From the NCBI GenBank assembly GCA_001724265.1, contig MEDY01000284.1, positions 1 to 64,000 of the forward strand: a stretch of DNA of 64,000 nt, read 5' to 3'. The notes under the pieces were generated by a model. The model was given only the letters and a program-made list of their open reading frames with translations, made no database searches and was not told the DNA's origin. Origin of the DNA: Rhizaria sp. SCN 62-66 (lineage: Eukaryota). Below, piece after piece: positions 44,391 through 55,072 of the stretch. The position numbers and the translations under genes were made by a program. The stretch's first letter is position 1; every line of letters begins with the position of its first letter.

Positions 44391-45157
44391 TGTCCACACT
44401 CTGTTGGGGTGTAGCAGCAAAAACAAAAAAGAGAGAACACACAAGGGTGAGTGAGTGTGACGACAAAGACAGACAGGGAATTGGAGTCAGAATACCCATC
44501 AATCAAGTGATACGCGTTTAAAACCAAGATAGTAAATCTAAATGTTAGTCATGACACATGATTGCAGGCAATATGCACGCGTATGAGCTTTAGTTCTGGA
44601 TATGGACTGCTGTTGTAACGTAAAGAGGCCAGCAGAGTCAGAGCCTGGCCAAGCGACACAAAGACACCAGTTCCAGTCCACATCTTCCCTGACCGGCCCA
44701 ATAAAACAAAGATATAAGCGCAACACATTTACTAATCCAAATTCACGAACTTCGCACGCAGTCTCCGCTGCTCTCTGCGCCGCTGCAGGTAATGCAAGTT
44801 CCTCCTTCAGTTTGGCTCGGTCGGTTGTGGGTGGCGACGAGGGCTCTCGTGGTGAGCGACCGTGAGTCGCAGGGCATTCGACCGGTCAGTCCGCTCGAAA
44901 GTAAGCCGCTTTGGGTGGGCGACTAAAACAAAGCTCGTTCTCGACTTGGCGTGCGTCAATTGAATTGCTGTTGATGTATTAGTTTTATTCAAAGCATGCT
45001 ATGTTGTGTGTTTTTCTTTTGACTGGCAACTCGCCGCTTTGTGCCGCTGTGGATGCCTGGTCAGGACCTCCCTCACTCTCCTTTTCGACCTCTCACTGTG
45101 CCCCCCCCCGCCCGTCTTTTCTCCCTTTCTTTGCCGTCGTCTGCAGTGTGTGACAAC

Positions 45158-46124
45158 ATGAGGATGATGCTCATGGTGTTGATGGCCCTCATTGCCATCG
45201 CTTGTACGTCCACACTTTCTCTATCTTGCTCTATGCCGCTCGAAAGTTCAACGAGCTCCACTCGACTTGCTTCCCCCCTTTTTTCCCCTACACCTGTGCT
45301 GTCCCTATTCCTCTTTCCCCTTGCTCTTGACTCACATTACCTGATACTTAACATTTCACCCTTCCCTCTTCACATCTCTGCGTGTAGTTGCGGCTGCTGC
45401 TGAGCCCGCGGCGAACCTCCAGAAGGTTCCTGTCGTGCCTGCTCCTGCGCCCATCGTCAAAGACGGCGTTAAGCTGTTCCACGCGACCGTGGTTGACCCC
45501 AACTTCCCTTCCCCCATCGTCAACGCCGATGGCTCCATCTCAGGTGTCCCCGTCGTGCCTGCACGGGCGATCCGCTCTGACGGCTACATGCACCTTCCCC
45601 CCGTGCCCGTGGTCGCACCCAAGTACCACCGCCGCGCTCTCCGCCGCGTCGCCAAGTCCCTCGACCTGCTCGACAACGCCTACGACGCCCTCACCACTCA
45701 CCTGCGCGACCTCACTGTGATGCGCGCCAAGGTCCAGCGCAAGCTCGCGATGCTGCAGGCCGAGCACGTCCGCCACGGCGCCATCGTGCTCCCCGCGCTG
45801 CCCGTTAACACATCGCTCGCAACTCCCGTGGTGCCCCTCGGCGTCAAGCGCATGCTCCGCAGCTACCTCATGTCCGCTGTCGAGACCGGCGCCGCCGCCG
45901 AGGGCCAGGCTGAGGCTGAGGCTCAGCACGCCTCGCTTATCGAGACCGAGGTCGATGCTGAGGCCGAGGTTGACGCTGAGGCTGAGGTTGATGCCGAGGC
46001 TGAGGTCAATGCTGAGACTGAGGTTGATGCTGAGGCTGAGGTCGATGTTGAGGCTGAGGCTGAGGTTGATGCCGAGGCTGAGTACGAGGCTGAGTACGAG
46101 GCTGAGGCTGAGGAGGAGATGTAA
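45158..46124 (+). CDS. Secreted protein with a coiled coil and a C-terminal (DAEAEV)n acidic repeat; exons 45158-45203 and 45388-46124
   Basis: The signal peptide MRMMLMVLMALIAIA|FAAAA is split by a GTACGT...TAG intron (45204-45387) in matching phase. Stop TAA. Confidence 0.75.
45204..45387 (+). other. Spliceosomal intron (GTACGT...TAG)
   Basis: Pyrimidine-rich; removal restores the signal peptide and the frame. Confidence 0.8.
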
Positions 46125-47309
46125 AGAACTCACGTGTTATGCTCTTTATATGAGTGATAAAGGTTTTCTATAAATGGAAGATCTTTTGTGACTGCTGTTG
46201 CTGTTGTGTACAAGAACAAAGAAGAGAATCAAGAAACCGTTCTTTTTTCAATCAAATATCGATGACATATTGGCTGACAGACGACACTTCTGTGTTGTCC
46301 AAAATATGTGGACTCATTTTCATGCACCCTCATATAGCCCAATACATTCCGATCATTTCAAGTACACATCATTTTTTTTGGCGATAGAACAGAAGCTGAC
46401 AACGGCTGCTGATCTTAGGGGGCATGCTTCGTGAAAGCGGTGCACGATTGCTGTACAATTGCATATGTCACCACTTAATAGACACAACACCGTATGCCCC
46501 TCATAAAATCACAAACTAACCTTAACTTGAAAGCCATTGTGCCAGTGCCTCAAGACTAAGTAAGACATTTCCTGTTCCTTTGGTCTAGCTGTACACTAGC
46601 TTTTAATAAATGGGCTACAGTGAGACCAAATAAGGTGTTGTGTACAAAAATGAAGCTGCAGATAGGTGATAACGTGACATACATCGACTGAGGTGTGACC
46701 ATTTTTGTTACGACTACGACTGACTTCGTCTCTGGACCTAAAAAAGCAAGGCTGTTCTTCAACGGCTTAACTTTAAACTCTAGCCGCGGACAAGGGGGAG
46801 TGACCACTAACCGACCCTGCGTTTTCTTGGCAAATGGTTTGTGAGCTGCCAAGAAGCGTGAAGGCGGTGTGAGTAAGCCAAACTGATAATTAACGCTTGT
46901 GTGATTCTATCCAACAATTCATCGAAAGCTGACAGCGTCAGTCTGTGGACGAACAGACGCTGCTCGAGTTGGCTCGCGACCCTACGCGACTTCGCTCGAG
47001 GTTTCCGCTCTTTTGAGCTAACAAACAGCATGTAGGCGATCAACAGACGATGCAAATCCATTTAGTTGTTTCTAGGAGCTTCACAATACCTCTCTAACCA
47101 ATTTGCACTTCGACTCGCTCAGTTTTGAGCGCATTATGTCCTTTAACCGCTGCATTCCAAGCTCCGTTTGAACGACACTCCGGACAACTCCCTCTTGCTC
47201 CTTCTTCCCTTTCACTTTTCCCTCTCTCTCTTGATGATGTTGTCTCACCTTTATGTTCTTATCTTTCATCTGTTTCTTTTCTTGTCCATATTTCCTATTT
47301 CAGCGTACG

Positions 47310-50300
47310 ATGAAGGTTTCTCCGACCTGGTCATTGATTGCGCTGCTCTGCGTTCTCTTTGCCAGCTTTACTGCTGCAAAGGTTGATTTTACGGGCGTTT
47401 CGCTTGTTTCTGACGGTAGTGGCACCATGACTGTCTCTTGGACCAACTGCACCTACGACTCCGGTGACGTTCTCGAGAACCTTCTTTTTGTTGCTACGAG
47501 CGACGCCCCCATTTTTGATGGCCCCGAGACTTCCGCCCCTCTCCACATCTCTGAAGGTGTCTCGAGCACCGTTAAATTTGTCGACGACATTTTCACTATC
47601 TCCTTTGCGGTTGAGGGCGAGGCTACTATTCCCCAGGATGGCTTGTTCACTTTTGATGTGAGTGCTACCGCGAACTGCGCCCTAAACGCGACTTACTACC
47701 TTGAGGCGAACCCCGCGGCTGAAGCTAGCGTCGCCGCGCTCGAGGACGGCAGCCTTTCCACGTACTATGACAACGGTCCCTGCCCCAGCAACACGGCAGT
47801 CTTTGAGGGTTTCACTCTCACTGTTGATACCCCCTCTGACGACAGCGCGCCCATTGCTGACAGTTCTTTCACTCTCACCTGGACTTCGCTCTCTATCTCT
47901 GGCACCGTTTCTCTCCTGAACGTGTTTATGATCTCGACGACGGAGTCCACCTTCTTCACTAATGCCACTACCGACACCGTGGGCGCTTCTGTCCGTTACG
48001 AGAACAACATCATCTACGTCTCCCTGAACGACGATTTCAGCGGTAAGAACGTGACCATCAAGCCTGTTCTCGAGGCTGGCTGCGGTCACTCGGCCCAGTA
48101 CTCTGTTACCTGGGACAACGAAAATGACAATCTTGTTGTGCACACTAGCGGTTCGCTTTCGGCCGATTTCCACTCTGCTCCCTGCCCCGCCACTATTTAC
48201 GGTGTCGAGTTGGATTTCCAGCTGGACGTGGTCACCGTTTCGTGGACGTCTTACATCAACGATGACAATGTTGTTGCTGCTCCCATCATCATCTCTAAGA
48301 AGACTGGCGAGACCTCTGTCATCGTCAACGTTAGTCAGACTCCCGTGTCTATTGTTGAGGGTGTGACCGCGATTCCCACTTTTAACGACGACACCATCAC
48401 CATCACCTTCAACGTCTCCACCGCTGCTGTTTTCCCCGCGGCTGCGTCCTTTTCCTTCAACGTTGCCCGCTCCACTTCGGTCGATTGCGATGCCCAAGCC
48501 GTGTACGCGCTCACCAGCGGTAACGGCTACCTCGTCATCACACCAAACGTGATTACTTCGGCTGTCACCTCCCCTGCCTGCGCGAGCATCTCTGGCGTCA
48601 AGGTTACAACCATTGATGGTGTTGATAACTTCGCCGCCTCTAGCGGCCTCGTTATCACGTGGACCGCCCTCGACAACCCTGAGGGGCGCCAACTTGTCGA
48701 TGCTTTGATCATCTCTTCCGCCGACAAGTATGTTTTCGGCTCTGTCGGCTCTGTCGATGGCCCCGCCACCGCTCTAATCACCAACGGTGCGATCTATGTC
48801 AGTCTTCTAAGCAGCGCCGGCTCTTCTGGCTCTATCACCCTCTACTTGGGCCCCGGTTCTGCTGAATGCGGCTCTGACTCCGAGTACACTCTTGGCAGCA
48901 ACATGCAGGCTCTCACCGTGTACCCGCTCGATGATTCTGACTCTCTCAAGACCCCCACCGTCGCCGCGGCCTGCCCTGTTACCTTCTCTGGTGCTGAACT
49001 CAAGGTCGATGGCGAGGAGGACATGGCCTCCTCCGGCTTCACTTTCTCCTGGACTGGCTTTGCCAACGATGCCGACCGCGACCTGGCTAACCTCTTCACC
49101 ATCTCCGCCAACCCCGCCCTCTTCGACGGTGTCTCTGGCTCCTCGTTCGTCCCCGTCTCCGACACGGACGACCTGAGTGCCCAGATTAAGTACATTTATG
49201 GTGGCTTCGTTGTCTCGTTCAACGGCACTGGTGCTATCCCCGCTTCTGGTTCCTTCTCCTTCGGTGCCACTGTCTCTGACGCTATCCTTTGCGGCAAGAA
49301 CTTCACTTACACTGCCACTCCCATCGACCCTGCTGCCGCCTCCTTCGGTGCAGTTACCCCTAGCGCCACGGCCGTTTCATCCTCCTGCACCTACACCTAC
49401 GGCTGGGTCTGCTCTGCTGAAGGCCACGTCTGCGATGCCGAGAACGAGTCCCAGTTCGGCGAGTGCAACAATGAGTGCGGTGAGGGCGAGAAACACAACA
49501 CCCCCCAGTGCGCCCGCTTCGCTGACGGTTTGTTCGATGTTATCTCTGAGGACGAGACCGGCTGCTCCGGCAGTGTCCCCTCCTACTCCAAGGACTGCGA
49601 GGACTACTCTTGCCCCCTTGCCACCTGGATGTGCTTCTCCGCTGGCTCTAACATCACCGAGGCCGAGCCCTGCGCCAGCGACGACGACCACTTCGGCTTC
49701 CCCGCCTGCGCTGAGGCTGGCTGTGCTGCCGGCAAGGAGGTCGAGCGCACTGCTATCTGTGTTGCCTTCCCCGGCTCCTCCGATAACCTCGCCGAGCACT
49801 GCCCCAGTTCTCTGCCTCAACCCGCCACAGAATTCCAGTGCCCTACGGTCCTAGCCAACTGCAACTCCCTCTTTGATATCAACTCTCAGTGCTACGACGC
49901 CCAGGGGACTATGGTCACTTGCATGGACGCCCCCGGCCCTATCCGCAACGGCCAGTGCATTGACACTAATGACAGCGACGTTGTTGTCGATAGCTCTCTT
50001 TGCGCTGCTGCCAATGTCACCCTCGTCGCGAGCTGCACCAACCTTCCCCCCTGCACCAACCCCCCCGTGCTGAAGTGGTTCTCCGACGAGTCTGTTGCCT
50101 GCCGCACCGGTGGCAACTACTGCAAGTCGTTCCGCGAGGTCACCACCACCTGCGGTTACCTCAATGAGTCTGGCTCCGAGGTTGTTGTTGCTTCCAGCCT
50201 CTGCAATGCCGCAACTCGCCCTCCCGCCTACACCAACTGCGACGTCCCCGAGCTCTCGAGCTGCAACCACGGCACGTGCAACAACTTCCAGACCGTTACC

Positions 50301-51788
50301 ATCGGTGGCAGCTCTGTTTCCAACATCCTCGCCACCTGCACGTGCAACAGTGGCTACACTGGCGCCTCTTGCAATCTCACTGCCACTCTTGACACCGTTA
50401 AGGTCGTTGCTTCTGGCAACAGTTACATCATCACTTGGGTTGCTGCCAACGCCGACGGCGCGAGCGCCGACATCATCCTGAATGGCGGTGTCGTCCCCGT
50501 CACTGTTGGTCGCGGTGTCGCGCTTAGTGCCCAGACCTACACCTTCGATGCTGAAGCTGCCCAGACTCTCCCCGGCCCCTACACCTTCACCGTGTTCGTG
50601 TCCACCAAGCTCTCTGCCAAGTCTGCCGCCGTCACCATTGCTCCTCTGTGCGCTGCCGCCAACTACTGCGATGCTACTGGCTCTTCAGGCTGCAACTCCA
50701 AGACTGGCTTGTGCACGTGCAAGGGCGACTACTCCGGCCGCAAGTGCCAGTACTCTCCTTGCGACAACAACAAGTGCTCCATCACTAACACTAAGCCCAA
50801 TGATGTCTGCTCTGTTGTGAACAACAAGGCGAAGTGCAACTGCGTCGGCACCACCACCTTCAAGGACGACCTCTGCATCCAGCCCGCTGGCTGCTCTCAG
50901 AAGTGCGACAACGGTGGCATCCCCACTGGCGCTATGGTCGACGGCCAGCTCAAGTGCAGCGGCTGCTCGTGCCCAGCTCTATTCACCGGCTCCACCTGCC
51001 AGACCTGCGCCGTCACCTGCGACACCAAGGGTACTGCTAGCGTTCCCTCCTGCGGCACGTGCACGTGCAAGCCCGGCTACACTGGCCCTACCTGCGCTTG
51101 CCGTACCGCCGGCATTTCCCTTCTCTTCCCCGAGAAGGGCGTCTCGTGGTACTTCAACGACAACCGCGACACTGCCCTTCCCGTCTTCTCTTCTAACCTC
51201 GTCGGCGATGTCAAGAATGTGATGCGTAACCCCCCTCTCGTCTCCGTCGAGATGGGCACTGTCCGTTCGATCACTGCCGCTACCGACCGCGCTCTTTTCC
51301 TCAACATGGTTATCAACGTCGGCCCTAAATGCGTCTCCTCTGCTTCTGTCTCGTTCACCAGCTTCCTCGCTCAGACCTTTGCTACTCTTGCTGATGAGGA
51401 CGATATGGCTTCTACCTACGCTGCTCTTGCCACCTTCTCCGAGGTCCTCAAGAACGACCCCAACGGTCTCGGCTCCACCCTTAGTTCTGCCGACACTGCC
51501 AACGTCGGCATTGCTGACTCTGCCTGTACTACCGACTGCGATGCGATCCCCGCTGGCACTGGTACCGGCACCATCGAGGAGTACAAGCCTCCCACTGATG
51601 ATGACAGCAGTAGCGGCAGCTCTGGCCTCAGCAAGGACGAGAAGATCGCCGTCGGTGTCGTCGTCGGTGTCGGTGGTTTCCTCATCATCCTCGCCGTCGT
51701 CCTCGCCTGGAAGTTCGGCTGCTGCTGCTTCAACAAGACCCCCGAGTCCAAGTCTGAGGGTGTCGAGATGGGCACCTATGACGTCTAA
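47310..51788 (+). CDS. Type I cell-surface glycoprotein: repeated beta-sandwich-like domains, Cys-rich TSP1-like/EGF-like modules, TM segment, short tail
   Basis: Signal peptide MKVSPTWSLIALLCVLFASFTAA. About 5 repeats with T.SWT/TWT motifs. EGF-like CTCNSGYTGASC, CTCKGDYSGRKC and CTCKPGYTGPTC. TM segment IAVGVVVGVGGFLIILAVVLAW followed by CCC. Ends YDV, stop TAA. Confidence 0.88.
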   Translation: MKVSPTWSLIALLCVLFASFTAAKVDFTGVSLVSDGSGTMTVSWTNCTYDSGDVLENLLFVATSDAPIFDGPETSAPLHISEGVSSTVKFVDDIFTISFAVEGEATIPQDGLFTFDVSATANCALNATYYLEANPAAEASVAALEDGSLSTYYDNGPCPSNTAVFEGFTLTVDTPSDDSAPIADSSFTLTWTSLSISGTVSLLNVFMISTTESTFFTNATTDTVGASVRYENNIIYVSLNDDFSGKNVTIKPVLEAGCGHSAQYSVTWDNENDNLVVHTSGSLSADFHSAPCPATIYGVELDFQLDVVTVSWTSYINDDNVVAAPIIISKKTGETSVIVNVSQTPVSIVEGVTAIPTFNDDTITITFNVSTAAVFPAAASFSFNVARSTSVDCDAQAVYALTSGNGYLVITPNVITSAVTSPACASISGVKVTTIDGVDNFAASSGLVITWTALDNPEGRQLVDALIISSADKYVFGSVGSVDGPATALITNGAIYVSLLSSAGSSGSITLYLGPGSAECGSDSEYTLGSNMQALTVYPLDDSDSLKTPTVAAACPVTFSGAELKVDGEEDMASSGFTFSWTGFANDADRDLANLFTISANPALFDGVSGSSFVPVSDTDDLSAQIKYIYGGFVVSFNGTGAIPASGSFSFGATVSDAILCGKNFTYTATPIDPAAASFGAVTPSATAVSSSCTYTYGWVCSAEGHVCDAENESQFGECNNECGEGEKHNTPQCARFADGLFDVISEDETGCSGSVPSYSKDCEDYSCPLATWMCFSAGSNITEAEPCASDDDHFGFPACAEAGCAAGKEVERTAICVAFPGSSDNLAEHCPSSLPQPATEFQCPTVLANCNSLFDINSQCYDAQGTMVTCMDAPGPIRNGQCIDTNDSDVVVDSSLCAAANVTLVASCTNLPPCTNPPVLKWFSDESVACRTGGNYCKSFREVTTTCGYLNESGSEVVVASSLCNAATRPPAYTNCDVPELSSCNHGTCNNFQTVTIGGSSVSNILATCTCNSGYTGASCNLTATLDTVKVVASGNSYIITWVAANADGASADIILNGGVVPVTVGRGVALSAQTYTFDAEAAQTLPGPYTFTVFVSTKLSAKSAAVTIAPLCAAANYCDATGSSGCNSKTGLCTCKGDYSGRKCQYSPCDNNKCSITNTKPNDVCSVVNNKAKCNCVGTTTFKDDLCIQPAGCSQKCDNGGIPTGAMVDGQLKCSGCSCPALFTGSTCQTCAVTCDTKGTASVPSCGTCTCKPGYTGPTCACRTAGISLLFPEKGVSWYFNDNRDTALPVFSSNLVGDVKNVMRNPPLVSVEMGTVRSITAATDRALFLNMVINVGPKCVSSASVSFTSFLAQTFATLADEDDMASTYAALATFSEVLKNDPNGLGSTLSSADTANVGIADSACTTDCDAIPAGTGTGTIEEYKPPTDDDSSSGSSGLSKDEKIAVGVVVGVGGFLIILAVVLAWKFGCCCFNKTPESKSEGVEMGTYDV

Positions 51789-53271
51789 GTCTTGTCGCAG
51801 TAGGCTGTTTCCCTGTGATATCTCCTTCTACTAAGACTTGTTTGATGTTACGTCAATTTTCACACAACTCTCACACCTGTTTTACTTTTAGTATGGAGTC
51901 GAAACGCTTTTTTAACCGAGCCCTAAGTCAATCCTGTGCATTCATCGCACAAAGGAAATAAGAAGCCGGATTTTAAAAACGGTAACACGAGCATTTTGCC
52001 ACTTTGTGTCCTTAGCTGTGTATGTGTGCGCCCGTCTGTAAAAGAGATGGGCCTCCCCCAGTCAGCACAAACGTGTGCGGTGCTAGATGTCTTTCTTTGC
52101 AATTTGTTTTTTCACTCGTTCTGCTTTAAACCTGCATAGTGATGCTTTAGTAGTAGAGCTTCATGCGCGTGTTTGAGAATGTTCTTTTCTTTTCCTGATT
52201 GTTGTACTTGTTCGTGATTTTCGTTGCCCACACGACACACCTCGACTCATCTCGCTCAAGTAGACTTTTTTTTGGTCGCGATTTTTTTTTGCACCCCCGG
52301 ATTAAGTCGCTTGTTTGTAGAAACTTGTTTGTGCTGATTTGCTGGCGATGGAACTGTACGGATATGTTTGAATCACATTTTTCTTTTATAGTTGTTCTTA
52401 TTTTAAAACAAATGGATAACTCTGAAGCGTATTGCGACGACGATGATGACGGAGCTAAGCTTTGTCTTGTCTCTGTCGTCTTGGTTGTTGTGAAGCTTTT
52501 GTTTTGGAACGCTTTGCTGCATAATTTCATCTTGTGTATTGCAATATATGTTGGCATTGCTTTAAGTCAAGTTTCTAGTTCGCCCATTTGTCGGTTCTAG
52601 CATCTTGTAAGTGTGCTTGCATAGCGCGTACATTATCACCATCAACACCCAGTTCTTTCGTGACCTGAGTCGCATTGGCTGGTCCATGTTGTGGTGTTAC
52701 TAGTCATTTGCGATATATTTCACCACCAACCAAACCTTGTTATGGACCCGTAGCCTGTGTAAAAACAGTCTGCCGAACCATCATTGTCGGAGCGAGTGAC
52801 TCCTTCAATTTCATGTAATCTCGAAACAATAAACACGAGTTAGTTGTTTCTTATCCCACTTATTTTATCAAATGAAATGCCTGGCTTACTTCTAAGCTCG
52901 TCAACTTAACGTGACACTGCCTGCTGGTCGTAAGCAAGAACACCTGCGCGCGTATTAAAACGCTTTCTTTATTGAAGCTTCAATTGCTCCTAATAATTGC
53001 TCCTAATAATTCAATGTCCATGTCCATGTCCTATCATTCAGTGTGGAAAATACTTGTAGCCAGTCAAAAAGTCAATTACGGCCCCACCATCCCAGGGCCA
53101 CTTCGGGCTAGTGCACGGCGATACACAGGGGCGCATGACACAGCTAGATGCCCAGCAGCATCGGAAGACAATCTTAGTTCCACATGATCACACAGTCTGA
53201 CTCATAAGGCATAAACACACATCAGGTGAACGCGCGCTGCTGAGTTCAAAGACGCTGTTCTCAGTCTAGCT

Positions 53272-54656
53272 TCAACCCATGCGCTGCTGCTGCTGTTGCT
53301 GTTGCTGTTGCTGGTATCCATTCTGAAACCCTTGCTGATACGTGTACTGCTGTCCTAGTCCCTGTCCCTGTGCCGGTGCGAGTTGCTGCTGTTGTTGCTG
53401 CTGTTGCTGCTGCTGCTGTTGCTGCTGCTGCTGTTGCTGCTGCTGATGTTGTAAGTGCTGGTCATGGCCGCCCCCGCTGCCCGCACAGTAGTGGTTGCGC
53501 GCATCGTCGATATCAAAACTGCGCAGCGTGGCCAGCCTGCGGCGGCGCTGCACGTTCTCGTGCCGCGCCAACGCCAGCTCGGCGCGCTTGCGGTCGGCGT
53601 CGCCCGCGTTGAGCCACACATCGCGCTCCACCATCCACTTGGCGTCGGCCGCGTTGGGGCCCGTCCACGCGGGCCGGCCGCGGCGCCGCACCTCGGCCTC
53701 GAGCCGCCAGCGGCGTTGCACCATGGCTTCGGCGTCGTAGGGGCACGTGTGCGACAGCGGCTGGTTGTGGGAGCCCGCGGAGAGGCGCGACTTGGCTTCG
53801 GACGGGTTTGAGTACCGCCACAGCGCGCGCTCGCTCTGTTGCTGCTGCTGCTGCTGCTGCTGTTGATTGTTCGCGTGCGGGTGGAGCCCGGCGAGAAAGG
53901 TGTCCGTGTCGGCGCGGCGGCGCGTCATGCGTCGGCGGTAGTCGTCGAGCGGCGACTGGCCCTGGAAGTCGACCTCGGTCGGCCGGCGCTCTAACTCGTG
54001 CCCGCGCGCCGTCAGCGACGCCGCGGACGACACGGGCACCAGGCGCGCGCTCGACGACGACGCGGAGGGCGCGCCGTGCACAGTGTACACGGGCCCGTCC
54101 GCGCTGCTGCTGCTGTTGTTGTTGCCAGCAATGCGCGCGTACGAGGCGGGTGGCGGCCCGTATCGGCTGGGCACGGCGTCGGCGCCGTACGTCGCGGCCG
54201 CGGGCGTGGACATGCCGCGCTGCGTGCGCGCGGGGTTGCAATGCGCGGGCGGGAGACGCTCCATCTCGAGCGTGCCGGCGAGTTGGCGGCGCGCAAGCTC
54301 AGGAAAGAGCTTGACGGAGCGAAACTCATCGATGCGACGCAGCTTCGCAGCCCACTGCTGTTGCTGCGCGTCCGCGCGGCACGCCTCATCCGCAACAAAA
54401 GCGGCGCGGCGGGCGTCCTGGTTCTCCTTCAGGATGCGACGCTGCTCGCGCTGAGCAGGAACATAGCAAGAGCAAGAGCAGAGGAAGTAAAAGCGAGTGG
54501 AGGGTGAGTTACGCGGAACTTTGGAACAGAAGAGAGGACTTTGAGAGATTAACGGGACAAGGAACGTACCATTTGGTCACGATGCTCCTCAAGCAGCATT
54601 AGGTATGCCTGATACTCGTGGTCTTGCGGCCCTCGCGCGATCTGATGAGAGGCCAT
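53272..54656 (-). CDS. Hypothetical coiled-coil/polyQ protein; exons 54656-54570 and 54450-53272
   Basis: MASHQIARG...HRDQM|REQRRILKENQ is joined by a GTACGT...CAG intron (54569-54451), in frame with ORF 53272..54264. Stop TGA. Confidence 0.7.
53380..53446. repeat. (CAG/CAA)n polyQ-encoding repeat
   Basis: A tgctgc/tgttgc run is directly visible. Confidence 0.8.
54451..54569 (-). other. Spliceosomal intron (GTACGT...CAG)
   Basis: Removal gives a phase-0 join of two coding segments. Confidence 0.75.
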
Positions 54657-55072
54657 GCTGCGATGTAACAAAGTAAAGTGCAGTGTCAGCGAAGTGACCA
54701 GTGAGCGTCGCAGCGAGGGGCATTGAATACACAATTTACAAAGCATATACAAAAAAAAAACATCTCACCAAAAAACGCCGTTCATAGCGTATATACGAAT
54801 CAAGGCGAAGATACATTTTGTCAAAGTCGGCATGCTGAAAACACGGTCGAGCAGGGCCAGCGGCGAAACGGCTGGTGCACTGAGAGACGCGGGTTTTTGT
54901 TTTTGCGGCGCTGCGTGAATTTGATCGTCAAAGTCGCACACCCGTGTAAATTTGGATAAACAACGAACACTACTAGCTGTCCATAATTCAACATTTGTAA
55001 GAGCCACCAATATAAGGGACTTGTACTGCTTGAAACGTGCCACTCTGTCTGCCGGCTTTGAGCGCTTCACCG

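Noticed and set aside
43975-46120. Apparent inverted repeat (tcagcc... versus ...ggctga) suggesting a transposon
   Set aside because: Explained by similar EA/DA coding repeats in two divergent genes. No TIR/TSD or transposase.
46150-47250. Short ORFs upstream of the surface-protein gene
   Set aside because: Intergenic composition; no recognisable product or transposon termini.
52147-52670. ORFs in the AT-rich spacer (52199..52600 +, 52147..52557 -)
   Set aside because: AT-rich, no codon bias like the real genes, and no motifs. Extending through TAG adds little.
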